Shown piece after piece: positions 15,611 through 24,013 of a DNA stretch of 60,046 nt. Each line of letters begins with the position of its first letter. Within the stretch, counting starts at the first letter, position 1. The translations under genes were made by a program, and so were the position numbers. The DNA comes from Thermoplasmata archaeon (GTDB lineage: Archaea; Thermoplasmatota; E2; UBA202; JdFR-43): the NCBI GenBank assembly GCA_021162065.1, contig JAGGZK010000032.1:1-60046 (forward strand), given 5' to 3'. The notes beneath the pieces were generated by a model. The model did no database searches, had not been told where the DNA came from, and worked only from the letters and a program-made list of their open reading frames with translations.

Positions 15611-16369
15611 ATGCCTCCATTTTTATATATGCCGGTTTTTATAAATTTTGTGGTAGAAGTAAAGATTACTCCTGAAATGCTTGATATTCTGGAGAAAAAA
15701 TATGCAAAATACTGGTGGGATAAAAGGGAGGAAGAGGAATATTCCTCCATAAAATCGGACCCTTTCAAGCTTCTTGTATTTACAATCCTATCACAGACCA
15801 CTTCTGGCGTAAACACAAGAAGAGCCTATAGAGGACTGAAAAATGCCTTCGATGTATCTCCTCGTTCTCTCGCCTTAGCAGATGAGGAAAAAATAGCAGA
15901 TTCCATCAAAGCAGGAGGTTTGCACAGAATAAAGTCAAAAAGAATAAAGGAGATGGCAGAGCACATCCTGAAAAAATGGAATGGAGATATGAGAAAAATG
16001 CTTGATGGGGGAAGAGAGAAGGCAAGAGAAAATCTTCTCTCCCTCCCCGGGGTTGGAGAGAAAACGGCAGATGTAGTCATCTCCTCCCTGTATGGAGAAA
16101 GGGATTCCATTGTGGTAGACACTCATATGCGGAGAATAGCAATTCGCCTTGGAATCGCAACGGAAAAGGCAGAGTATGGTGAGATACAGAAAGCCCTCAT
16201 CAAAATATTCCCCTGGGACAATATTCCTCCAGAAAGAGAGGGAAGAATTCTTGCCCTCTTCTGGCTGATGGCAAAGCACACATGCAACGCAGTAAAACCG
16301 AGATGCCTTGAATGCATTTTGAGAGAGAAATGTGATTTTTTCAGGAAACATCAAAATCAGAATGAATGA
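15611..16369 (+). CDS. nth: endonuclease III / HhH-GPD DNA glycosylase
   Basis: LVFTILSQTTS, helix-hairpin-helix LPGVGEKTADVV, and a C-terminal C-x6-C-x2-C-x5-C [4Fe-4S] motif (CNAVKPRCLECILREKC). A likely alternative start is ATG 15677 (MLDILEKKY). Confidence 0.9.
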   Translation: MPPFLYMPVFINFVVEVKITPEMLDILEKKYAKYWWDKREEEEYSSIKSDPFKLLVFTILSQTTSGVNTRRAYRGLKNAFDVSPRSLALADEEKIADSIKAGGLHRIKSKRIKEMAEHILKKWNGDMRKMLDGGREKARENLLSLPGVGEKTADVVISSLYGERDSIVVDTHMRRIAIRLGIATEKAEYGEIQKALIKIFPWDNIPPEREGRILALFWLMAKHTCNAVKPRCLECILREKCDFFRKHQNQNE

Positions 16370-16438
16370 TATGGAAGCGTCACCCTTCAATCTTTGATTT
16401 TTTGAGAAAATAAAAATAGGGGTAAACATATTTCTCCC

Positions 16439-16579
16439 ATGGAAATGATGGGTATGTGTGCGGTGTGCGGCACACCCGGCGTGATGTTCACCTGTCGCAT
16501 ATGTGGCAGAATGGTATGTGCAACCCATTTTAACCCCGCCACCGGAACATGTGTGGAGTGCGGCGGGAGGATGGTTTGA
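16439..16579 (+). CDS. 46-aa zinc-finger micro-protein (not in the ORF track)
   Basis: Hand translation: MEMMGMCAVCGTPGVMFTCRICGRMVCATHFNPATGTCVECGGRMV-stop. It has three CxxC pairs plus one CxxH pair, enough for two Zn sites. An AT-rich aaaataaaaatagg box lies about 25-35 nt upstream. It fills an otherwise empty gap between nth and the convergent radical SAM gene. Confidence 0.45.
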   Translation: MEMMGMCAVCGTPGVMFTCRICGRMVCATHFNPATGTCVECGGRMV

Positions 16580-16580
16580 A

Positions 16581-17582
16581 TTACAGCACCACGGGTATTT
16601 CCTCACCGCATTTGCCGCATTTTTTACCGTCCATGTCCATTATCTTAGCAGAAAATCCGTATCTTTCTATGAGCAGGTTGCCGCAATTGTGGCAGTAGGT
16701 GTTTTCGTAATCGCCATGGGGCACATTACCCAGATAAACATAATGCAGCCCTTCCTTTTTTGCGATGGTATAAGCGCCAAGGAGTTTTTTGAGAGATGTG
16801 GGGGGCACATTCATCATCCTGTAATGAGGATAGAAGGCAGTAAAATGGATCACCTGCAACTCTCCCATCTCTTTTATAACCCATCGGCAAAATTTTTTTA
16901 TCTCCTCCTCCGAATCATTATGGGAAGGGATAACAAGATATGTGAGTTCCACATGGACACCTCTTCTTTTATATCCCCAACATGCCTCAAGAACCGGTTC
17001 AAGGGAGGCGCTGCACAACTTCCTGTAGAAGGAATTGCTCATGCTCTTCACATCAACATTTACAGCATCGAGATATCTGGAAATGTCATCCAGTGGTTCC
17101 CTGTTAATGTAGCCATTGGTGACAAACACTGTATAAAGATTCTTCTCCCTTGCCATCTTTGCAGTATCAAGTGCATATTCCATCCAGATGGTGGGCTCAT
17201 TATAGGTGAAGGCAATGCCATCACAGCATTCCGCTACCCTCTTTATCGCATCCTCCGGCATTATCTCCGCCAGCGGGTATTCCTCCGGCCTTGCCTGGCT
17301 TATGGTGTAGTTCTGGCAGTGAAGACATCGAAAATTGCATCCGACTGTTCCGAGGGAGTAAACAAAGGTGCCGGGGTGAAAGTGGTAGAGGGGCTTTTTC
17401 TCTATGGGGTCGGCATGGGCGGAGCTGCAGGAGCCGTATATCAGGGTGTAAAGTTTTCCATTTCTGTTTTCCCTCACCCCGCATATTCCCCTTTTCCCTT
17501 CCCCTATTATACAGTTATGGGGGCACAGGGTACATCTTATTTTTCCGTCCCTCTCTTCCCAGTATTTTGCCTCCTTTTCCAC
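16581..17582 (-). CDS. AmmeMemoRadiSam-system-type radical SAM enzyme
   Basis: N-terminal KIRCTLCPHNCIIGEGKRGICGVREN auxiliary Cys cluster, then GCNFRCLHCQN (CxxxCxxC), and a C-terminal CHNCG...CGKCG ribbon. This architecture is as I recall it for the AmmeMemoRadiSam radical SAM family. Confidence 0.8.
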   Translation of the reverse strand: MEKEAKYWEERDGKIRCTLCPHNCIIGEGKRGICGVRENRNGKLYTLIYGSCSSAHADPIEKKPLYHFHPGTFVYSLGTVGCNFRCLHCQNYTISQARPEEYPLAEIMPEDAIKRVAECCDGIAFTYNEPTIWMEYALDTAKMAREKNLYTVFVTNGYINREPLDDISRYLDAVNVDVKSMSNSFYRKLCSASLEPVLEACWGYKRRGVHVELTYLVIPSHNDSEEEIKKFCRWVIKEMGELQVIHFTAFYPHYRMMNVPPTSLKKLLGAYTIAKKEGLHYVYLGNVPHGDYENTYCHNCGNLLIERYGFSAKIMDMDGKKCGKCGEEIPVVL

Positions 17583-17587
17583 ATTTA

Positions 17588-18229
17588 TTATGGTTGCCTG
17601 AATATAAATTTATTTTCATAGGAGACAATAGCCTCCATAACAACAGTCCATGCAGGAAGCACCTCATGATATATGCTCACCACCTCATCCGCCATGTCAT
17701 ATACGGGCGAGAGAAAATCCCCATGTGGAAAACCACCTATTATGCATACAACATCTTCCTCCATTATCTCCCCCATGCTGCCTCTTTTTCCCTCAGGGCT
17801 GAAAAGAATTTTTCTTCCATCAAGTTTTTCCAGCAACTGGGCAAGGGTTTCATTTCTTGCCTCCATCAATGCCTCTCCATTAGAAGGCACTCTCCCTCTT
17901 TCCAGCAACTGCTGCATGAGTCCCTTGAACCTGCCGTAGTTCTTTATTATCCTTGTCTCAGGATTTATGTAAATCACCGTGTCACCTCTCGTATGAATAT
18001 AAACACGGAGCATTCCCTCACGGTTGAGGATGGATTCCATGGCCACCAGAAGGGAGATATGAACTATATCAGGCCTTCCCCTCCTATAGCCACCCTTCAA
18101 AGATTTCATGGCGTTATGGTGGAGGGATGAATCGAGTATTCTGCTCCTGTATCCTCTCACAGAGGGATGCCCCGCAATTTTTTCGGGAATGAGTTCGAGT
18201 TCGCTGTCGGCAAGGACGAGATGCATCAT
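17588..18229 (-). CDS. nep1: rRNA small-subunit pseudouridine methyltransferase Nep1 (EMG1 family)
   Basis: MHLVLADSELELIP...ILDSSLHH...RGRPDIVHISLL...VYIHT are typical Nep1/SPOUT motifs. Confidence 0.9.
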   Translation of the reverse strand: MMHLVLADSELELIPEKIAGHPSVRGYRSRILDSSLHHNAMKSLKGGYRRGRPDIVHISLLVAMESILNREGMLRVYIHTRGDTVIYINPETRIIKNYGRFKGLMQQLLERGRVPSNGEALMEARNETLAQLLEKLDGRKILFSPEGKRGSMGEIMEEDVVCIIGGFPHGDFLSPVYDMADEVVSIYHEVLPAWTVVMEAIVSYENKFIFRQP

Positions 18230-19305
18230 GTTATTATTTTCTCCAGTTCATCCTGCTCGGCGGCCATTTTTATCTCCTGGGCTATTCTTCTGCCCGTGGA
18301 GAGGCCCGGCTGGATCAAATCTGCATAGGGGCTGCCTGAAATGTAAAGATTTGTCCCCGCCACTATCCTTGCGGATATCTCAAAAACCTTTATTTCCAGT
18401 TTGTCCGTCACCACCGCCTCCAGGCAGAAGGGACCTATCATTCCGCCGAAGAGCTTATACGACTCATCCACCACCCTTCTCCCCATCTCGAAAACCTTCG
18501 GAAGGAGGGATTCGCGCATCACTATTGGTATATTCCCTGTAACCACGAAGGATGGATGAATGCCCATACTCTCCAGCTCCGTTATGGAACCCAGGCGATG
18601 CGCCTCATCTATGTTCGCCTCATCTCTTCTGTCTATGGAAAGCACCTCCAGAGTGCCATTCTTCACCCTGTAACCCTCTTTTTTTATTGGCGAGTGGAAG
18701 TAATGGATGTAATACCTCGTTCCTATCAGAAATTCCTGTATGGTGTAGGGTTTGCTCTCATCTATCTTCCTTTTGAAATCCTCGTAATCCTTTGCTATGA
18801 AGAAACCTCTGCCTCCCTTTGCCCCATAGTATTTCACTATGACGGGCCTGTTTATATCCTTAGGATCTTCTATGAGCTCCGGCATTTTTATCCCCGCCCC
18901 CTCAAGCCATTTCCTTTCCTTTTCTCTGTTGGATTCCCACTCAAGCACATATCTGTTGCCGAACGTCGGCACCTCCATTTTCATGAAGTTCTCGGCCCCC
19001 ATATATTCCACAAAGGAGCCGGTGGGAACCACTATGGCATTTTTTGAAATTAATTTCTCCTTTCTCTCCATTATTTCTCTGTAACTCTCCACCACGATGA
19101 ATTCATCTGGCCTGCCAAGGGGAAAAGCATCATAGAACTCCGGTCTGCTACCAACGGAAATTCCTATGCTCCTCAGCCCCTCCTTTCTGGCGCCGTTAAA
19201 AATCTGCAAACTGGAGTGGGAACAGGCCGTGGCTATCGCAAGGTCATTTTTATCATAACCCTTTATCACATCCTCTATTCCCATTACTCCAAATATCATG
19301 CCCAT
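18226..19305 (-). CDS. purP: 5-formaminoimidazole-4-carboxamide ribotide (FAICAR) synthetase PurP
   Basis: IATACSHSSLQIFNGARKEGL and an ATP-grasp-like remainder typical of archaeal PurP. The start may be Met8 (19284), because 19305 would overlap the divergent cupin ORF. Confidence 0.88.
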   Translation of the reverse strand: MGMIFGVMGIEDVIKGYDKNDLAIATACSHSSLQIFNGARKEGLRSIGISVGSRPEFYDAFPLGRPDEFIVVESYREIMERKEKLISKNAIVVPTGSFVEYMGAENFMKMEVPTFGNRYVLEWESNREKERKWLEGAGIKMPELIEDPKDINRPVIVKYYGAKGGRGFFIAKDYEDFKRKIDESKPYTIQEFLIGTRYYIHYFHSPIKKEGYRVKNGTLEVLSIDRRDEANIDEAHRLGSITELESMGIHPSFVVTGNIPIVMRESLLPKVFEMGRRVVDESYKLFGGMIGPFCLEAVVTDKLEIKVFEISARIVAGTNLYISGSPYADLIQPGLSTGRRIAQEIKMAAEQDELEKIIT

Positions 19306-19702
19306 TTTTAAAGATTTTTATGGCCACAAAGGAATGATTATAAAGGGCGGCAATATTCACATTATGTTCTCCAAAAAATATGATGAGGTAAAACTTGAGG
19401 ATGTTAAGGAAGATGGGGCAAAAAATGTGAAGATACAGTGGCTCATTGACGAAAAGGTTGGTAAGACGTTTGCCATGCGCCGCTTTGTTGTCGCCAGAGG
19501 AGGGCACACACCATTGCATCATCATGACTGGGAGCACGGCGTTTTTGTTCTTGCAGGAGAGGGAGCATTGGTTGACAAGGATGGCAACGAGCATCCATTG
19601 AAACCCGGCTACTTTGCCTTCGTTGAGCCCAATGAAATTCATCAGTTTGTGAATAAAGGAGAAGAGGATTTCATCTTTCTATGCGTGATTCCACTGCCAT
19701 GA
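19298..19702 (+). CDS. cupin-domain protein
   Basis: GGHTPLHHHDWEHGVFVLAGEG...KPGYFAFVEPNEIHQF matches the cupin metal motifs G-x5-H-x-H-x3-E and G-x5-P-x-G-x2-H. The real start is probably internal (ATG 19334 or 19364). Confidence 0.75.
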   Translation: MPIFKDFYGHKGMIIKGGNIHIMFSKKYDEVKLEDVKEDGAKNVKIQWLIDEKVGKTFAMRRFVVARGGHTPLHHHDWEHGVFVLAGEGALVDKDGNEHPLKPGYFAFVEPNEIHQFVNKGEEDFIFLCVIPLP

Positions 19703-20199
19703 GAACTCTTTTCCTTTCAAAGGAGGAGGTAAGAAATCCTCTGGCGGATGAGATAAAGAGGGCAGGGAAGATTGTAAAGGAGAAGGGGCTGGTGGAGGGC
19801 AATTATGGCAATATAAGCGCAAGATACGGAAAAAGAATGGTGATAACCGCCACCGGCTCTGATTTAGGAAATCTGAGCAACGAGGATATGGTGGAGGTGG
19901 TGGATTACAATCCCGCTACCGATGTGGCTATGGTAATAGGATTGAAGGAGCCATCGACGGAAACGCCGATGCACTGGCTGCTATACAGGAGAGAGGATAT
20001 AAACGCCATAATCCATGTTCATGCCACCTTCGAAGAGGCGCCCACCTCCGAGAAATACGCCAAGGAGGGAACTCTGGAACTTGCGATGGAGGCGATAAAG
20101 GCATTGAAAAATTCAAAGATTGCCAATCTTAGGGGGCACGGAAGCGTGGCGGTGGGCGTGAACATGGAAGATGCCCTGAGGGTGTTAAAATGCTTGTGA
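19699..20199 (+). CDS. class II aldolase/adducin-family protein (MtnB / Ald2 / fuculose-phosphate-aldolase-like)
   Basis: GNYGNISARYGKRMVITATGSDLGNL...ETPMHWLLYRR...AIIHVHA is typical of the family. The ATG at 19699 forms an ATGA overlap with the cupin stop; the track start is 19681. Confidence 0.8.
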   Translation: MRTLFLSKEEVRNPLADEIKRAGKIVKEKGLVEGNYGNISARYGKRMVITATGSDLGNLSNEDMVEVVDYNPATDVAMVIGLKEPSTETPMHWLLYRREDINAIIHVHATFEEAPTSEKYAKEGTLELAMEAIKALKNSKIANLRGHGSVAVGVNMEDALRVLKCL

Positions 20200-21128
20200 A
20201 TGGCAGGGAAATGAGAAGTTTGTGGTTTGAGGACGGCGTTCTGAAATTAATAGACCAGCGAAAGTTGCCGGCAGAGGTGGAAATTTTTGTTGCCGATGAT
20301 GTGGAAAAGGTCGCCTATGCAATAAGGGAGATGGTGGTGAGGGGCGCCCCAGCCATAGGGTGCGCAGCCGCGTATGGAATGGTGATGGATGGGGATGTGG
20401 CAAAGAAGGCAATGCTGCTCAAATCAACGCGCCCGACGGCCCATGATTTATTTCATGCTGTCGATTATATGGTGGAAAAAATAGGGCAGGGGAAAGATGC
20501 TGTTAAAGCGGCACATGAATATGTGGAGAGCATAATAGACAGATGCAGGAGGATAGGAGAGAATGGAAGGAAGTTGATTAAAAAGGGGATGCGCATACTG
20601 ACGCATTGCAATGCCGGAGCTCTGGCGACAGTTGATTACGGCACCGCTTTAGCTCCCATAAGAATGGCCAAGGAAATGCAACCATTTGTCTGGGTGGATG
20701 AGACTCGTCCACGTCTCCAGGGGTTGCTGACCGCCTGGGAATTAGAGCAGGAAGGTATTGAGCATGCCGTCATCGCAGATAATGCGGCGGGCCATTTCAT
20801 GAGGAAAGGAGAGGTGGACATGGTGATTGTGGGGGCCGACAGAATAGCAGCAAATTATGACTTTGCAAACAAAATAGGCACATATGAGAAGGCGGTGCTT
20901 GCCAAGGAGAATGGAATTCCCTTTTATGTTGCCGCCCCTATTAGCACCTTTGACAAAAGCATAAGGAGTGGAGAGGAAATAAAAATTGAGGAGAGAGACA
21001 TGGAGGAAGTGCTGGGCATATATCCATGGAGGCCGAAAAAGGCAAGAAATCCCGCCTTCGATGTCACTCCTGCAAAATACATAACGGGAATAATAACGGA
21101 GGAGGGGATAATAGAGGTGAATGAATAG
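20190..21128 (+). CDS. mtnA: eIF-2B alpha/beta/delta-family sugar-phosphate isomerase (methylthioribose-1-phosphate or ribose-1,5-bisphosphate isomerase)
   Basis: LWFEDGVLKLIDQRKLP...MVVRGAPAIGCAAAYG...THCNAGALATVDYGTAL...VGADRIAANYDFANKIGTY are classic MtnA/e2b2 motifs. Confidence 0.85.
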   Translation: MLVNGREMRSLWFEDGVLKLIDQRKLPAEVEIFVADDVEKVAYAIREMVVRGAPAIGCAAAYGMVMDGDVAKKAMLLKSTRPTAHDLFHAVDYMVEKIGQGKDAVKAAHEYVESIIDRCRRIGENGRKLIKKGMRILTHCNAGALATVDYGTALAPIRMAKEMQPFVWVDETRPRLQGLLTAWELEQEGIEHAVIADNAAGHFMRKGEVDMVIVGADRIAANYDFANKIGTYEKAVLAKENGIPFYVAAPISTFDKSIRSGEEIKIEERDMEEVLGIYPWRPKKARNPAFDVTPAKYITGIITEEGIIEVNE

Positions 21129-21180
21129 CGCGAATAGAAAGATTTTATATATCCTCCTCTCTTTATCAATGGGTGATGTT

Positions 21181-21963
21181 ATGGACTGGGGAATGAAGAA
21201 TCGTTTATCGAGAATAATTCAGAAGGATGGACATACCGTTATGCTCGCCATCGATCATGGATACTTTCTGGGTCCCACCACCGGCCTTGAAAAGCCCTGG
21301 AAAACCATAGAGCCTCTCGTCCCTTATGCTGATTGCTTAATGCCCACCCGAGGAATCTTAAGAAACTGCATTCCTCCGGACATAGACAAGCCAATAGTGT
21401 TGCGTGTATCGGGAGGAACAAGCATTTTGAATGAAAATTTACTGCATGAGGGAATAATTGCATCCATAGAGGATGCTATTCGCCTCAATGTGAGCGGCCT
21501 CGCCTTCTCCATTCTCGTTGGAGCGAAGTATGAACGCGATACTCTACTCACCTTCTCGGAAATATGCGACATGGGGCAAGAGTATGGAATTCCAGTGCTT
21601 GCCGTGACGGCGGTGGGAAGGGAAATGGTGAGAGATGCAAAATATCTTGCACTGGCATCAAGAATAGCAGCCGAGATAGGGGCGCACATGGTGAAAACCT
21701 ACTACTGCGAGGGCTTTGAGAAGGTGGTGGAGGGCTGCCCCGTGCCCATAGTCATAGCAGGAGGAAAGAAGATTCCCGAAAGAGATGCTCTGGAAATGGC
21801 CTACAACGCCATCCAGGCAGGGGCGGCAGGCGTGGATATGGGAAGAAACATATTCCAGTCGTCCAACCCGCCGGCCATGATACAGGCGGTCAGGGCGGTG
21901 GTTCATGAAAATGCAACGCCAGATGAAGCCTATGAAATATTCCAGCAGGGAGGAAAGGAGTAA
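21181..21963 (+). CDS. class I (DhnA/FbaB/LsrF-type) aldolase
   Basis: LAIDHGYFLGP, VLRVSGGTS, HMVKTYY (putative Schiff-base Lys) and VVIAGG-type strand PIVIAGGKK. Start set at ATG 21181 (MDWGMKNRL) rather than 21121. Confidence 0.8.
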   Translation: MDWGMKNRLSRIIQKDGHTVMLAIDHGYFLGPTTGLEKPWKTIEPLVPYADCLMPTRGILRNCIPPDIDKPIVLRVSGGTSILNENLLHEGIIASIEDAIRLNVSGLAFSILVGAKYERDTLLTFSEICDMGQEYGIPVLAVTAVGREMVRDAKYLALASRIAAEIGAHMVKTYYCEGFEKVVEGCPVPIVIAGGKKIPERDALEMAYNAIQAGAAGVDMGRNIFQSSNPPAMIQAVRAVVHENATPDEAYEIFQQGGKE

Positions 21964-22037
21964 CTAATCCATTCCTGTTTGGAATAACGATGTGCTGAAA
22001 GGTAAAACCCAGGGCAATCTCTCCCTACTACATCACA

Positions 22038-22052
22038 ATATTTTTATATAAT
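22038..22052 (+). promoter_or_regulatory. TATA-like box upstream of the cold-shock gene
   Basis: atatttttatataat lies about 26-40 nt upstream of ATG 22078. Confidence 0.3.
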
Positions 22053-22077
22053 CATCGCATGTAAGAGAGGGATAAAT

Positions 22078-22275
22078 ATGGAAGGAACCGTTGTAAAATG
22101 GGTAAACAAAAAGGGATACGGCTTCATCGAAGTGGAAGGACAGAAGGATATTTTTGTCCACTACTCCGATGTTAAGAAGGACGGATTTGTGAGCCTTAGA
22201 ATAGGCCAGAAGGTGAAGTTTGATCTGGAGGAGACGGATAAGGGGCCAAGAGCAAAGAATGTTGAACCTCTGTAA
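22078..22275 (+). CDS. csp: cold-shock domain protein (CspA family)
   Basis: 65 aa with RNP1-like KGYGFI and RNP2-like IFVHYS. Confidence 0.9.
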   Translation: MEGTVVKWVNKKGYGFIEVEGQKDIFVHYSDVKKDGFVSLRIGQKVKFDLEETDKGPRAKNVEPL

Positions 22276-22719
22276 ATGATTCTCTCTGACAGAGATATAA
22301 GGAATGCGATTTTGAGGGGCGAAATTTCCATAGAACCATTTAACAAAAGCAACCTCACACCCAACGGGTATGATTTAACCATAAATGAGATATACATTGA
22401 TGGCAAAACAGTGGAGAGGGCGGTAATAAAACCCATGACATGGTTTGCTTTGTCCACGCTGGAGTACATAAAATTGAAAAATATCACAGCCCAGTTATGG
22501 ATACGCTCCACCTACGCCAGGAAGGGCGTTGTTGCTTCCTTCGGGAAGGTGGATGCCGGCTTCGAGGGCTGTTTAACGCTTTCCAGCTTCAATACATATC
22601 AGGAGATAGAACTTAAGAAAGGTGACAGATTCTGCCAGATTGTATTCGAGAAAATGCTTTCCACTCCCTCAAAATATTACGAGGGAAAGTACAGAAGTCA
22701 TAAAACAATAAAACTCTGA
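22276..22719 (+). CDS. dcd: dCTP deaminase / dUTPase-family protein (short archaeal form)
   Basis: MILSDRDIRNAILRGEISIEPF...LTPNGYDLT is the typical Dcd/Dut N-terminus. The ATG directly follows the csp stop. Confidence 0.85.
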   Translation: MILSDRDIRNAILRGEISIEPFNKSNLTPNGYDLTINEIYIDGKTVERAVIKPMTWFALSTLEYIKLKNITAQLWIRSTYARKGVVASFGKVDAGFEGCLTLSSFNTYQEIELKKGDRFCQIVFEKMLSTPSKYYEGKYRSHKTIKL

Positions 22720-22756
22720 CCGATAGATAAAAAAGCCCTTTTTCCTTCTCTTTTTT

Positions 22757-24013
22757 ATGGAATTCAGAACCATATCTGATCTTAAAAAATACCTTTCAAT
22801 GCTTGAGCAGAAGAGGCATCATCCCGAGGACTATGTCATAGGAATAGAGATGGAGGGCGCCCTGGTTGATGCCGAGGGTAAACCACTGGATGTGAAGGAT
22901 TTAATTCCCAAACTCAACAGCATATACCACGACTTTGAATTTGATAAAGAAGCGGGGGCCTGCCAGCTGGAGATACGGACATTCCCCAGAAAATTCTCCA
23001 CTGAATCATTGAGGGAGAAGGAGGAGTATTTCCTGGATGTGGTGGAGGAAATTGTGGAGCAGGCGGAGAGGGTTCATAAAACGGAAGCCATATTCCTGCT
23101 GCTCGGTTCAAATCCTCATCCCGATGTGCTATCCGACAGATGGATCACCTCCAGTCAGAGAGCAAAAACGATGGCAGAGTGGAGAAGGGAATTCCCGGAA
23201 GTCAAAATAGCAGGCAAAACCATAAGGCCGGAACATGTTGCCACGGCGATACAATCAATGCACATTCATATCCAGGGCGTCAGCCCCGATGATGTGGCGG
23301 ATAAATATAACCATCTCCTCTACATGGTGCCGGGCCAGATAGCCATATCCGCCAACAGCCCCATTATTGGAGGGGAGTTAGTGGACTATGCGGAGGCAAG
23401 ACTGCTTTTATACGAGATGGCAGATGGCGGCAACGCCGGCCTGCCAAAGCACAGAACATACCCCATTTCATTCCTGGGATATGCCAGATATGTTGACTCC
23501 TTTTCTCCCATTCTTGCAAAATCGCTGACGGAAAAGGTGAAGGAGAGGCATGAGGACAACAGAATAAGGCTGGAGGTGCCTTTCAGGGTGGAGAATAGAG
23601 TTACGCCCATACAGTGTACCATAAGGGAGAATATGGCCATGATTGAGTACATAATAGGGCGCCTTAAGTATGCCCAGAGATGGAGCAGGATGGATTATCC
23701 CTCGCTGAAGGAAATAGAGGTTAACAGAATAGAGGCGATAAGAAAGTCATTGAAGGGAGAGTTCATATGGAATGGAAAGTCAACGAATGTGAGAGATTTC
23801 CTCACCCAGTGCATAGAGAAGGCGGAGAAGGGTCTGGAGGAGCTGGACACAAAGCCGAGATACATCCATTGCCTGAAGAGAAGGGTGAGGAAGAAGAGGG
23901 TGAGTGCCGATGTTGTGAGAGGATGGTACAGAAGGGGAAGCGAAGGGGACAAAATTGCTTATGTGGTAAACAGGGTGTGGGAGCATACCAAGAAAAACAG
24001 ACCCATCATTTGA
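22757..24013 (+). CDS. probable carboxylate-amine ligase (GCS2/YbdK-like); family tentative
   Basis: The 418-aa ORF is clearly coding. IGIEMEGALVD and ACQLEIRTFP resemble the GvE-E-lvd and qlE-t-P motifs of glutamate-cysteine-ligase family 2. This is not a strong match by eye. Confidence 0.5.
   Translation: MEFRTISDLKKYLSMLEQKRHHPEDYVIGIEMEGALVDAEGKPLDVKDLIPKLNSIYHDFEFDKEAGACQLEIRTFPRKFSTESLREKEEYFLDVVEEIVEQAERVHKTEAIFLLLGSNPHPDVLSDRWITSSQRAKTMAEWRREFPEVKIAGKTIRPEHVATAIQSMHIHIQGVSPDDVADKYNHLLYMVPGQIAISANSPIIGGELVDYAEARLLLYEMADGGNAGLPKHRTYPISFLGYARYVDSFSPILAKSLTEKVKERHEDNRIRLEVPFRVENRVTPIQCTIRENMAMIEYIIGRLKYAQRWSRMDYPSLKEIEVNRIEAIRKSLKGEFIWNGKSTNVRDFLTQCIEKAEKGLEELDTKPRYIHCLKRRVRKKRVSADVVRGWYRRGSEGDKIAYVVNRVWEHTKKNRPII

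Noticed and set aside
15935-17621. Long ORFs antisense to nth (223 aa, minus) and to the AmmeMemoRadiSam gene (372 aa, plus)
   Set aside because: The sense strands carry HhH/Fe-S and CxxxCxxC motifs respectively. The antisense products are His/Cys/Gly-rich noise.
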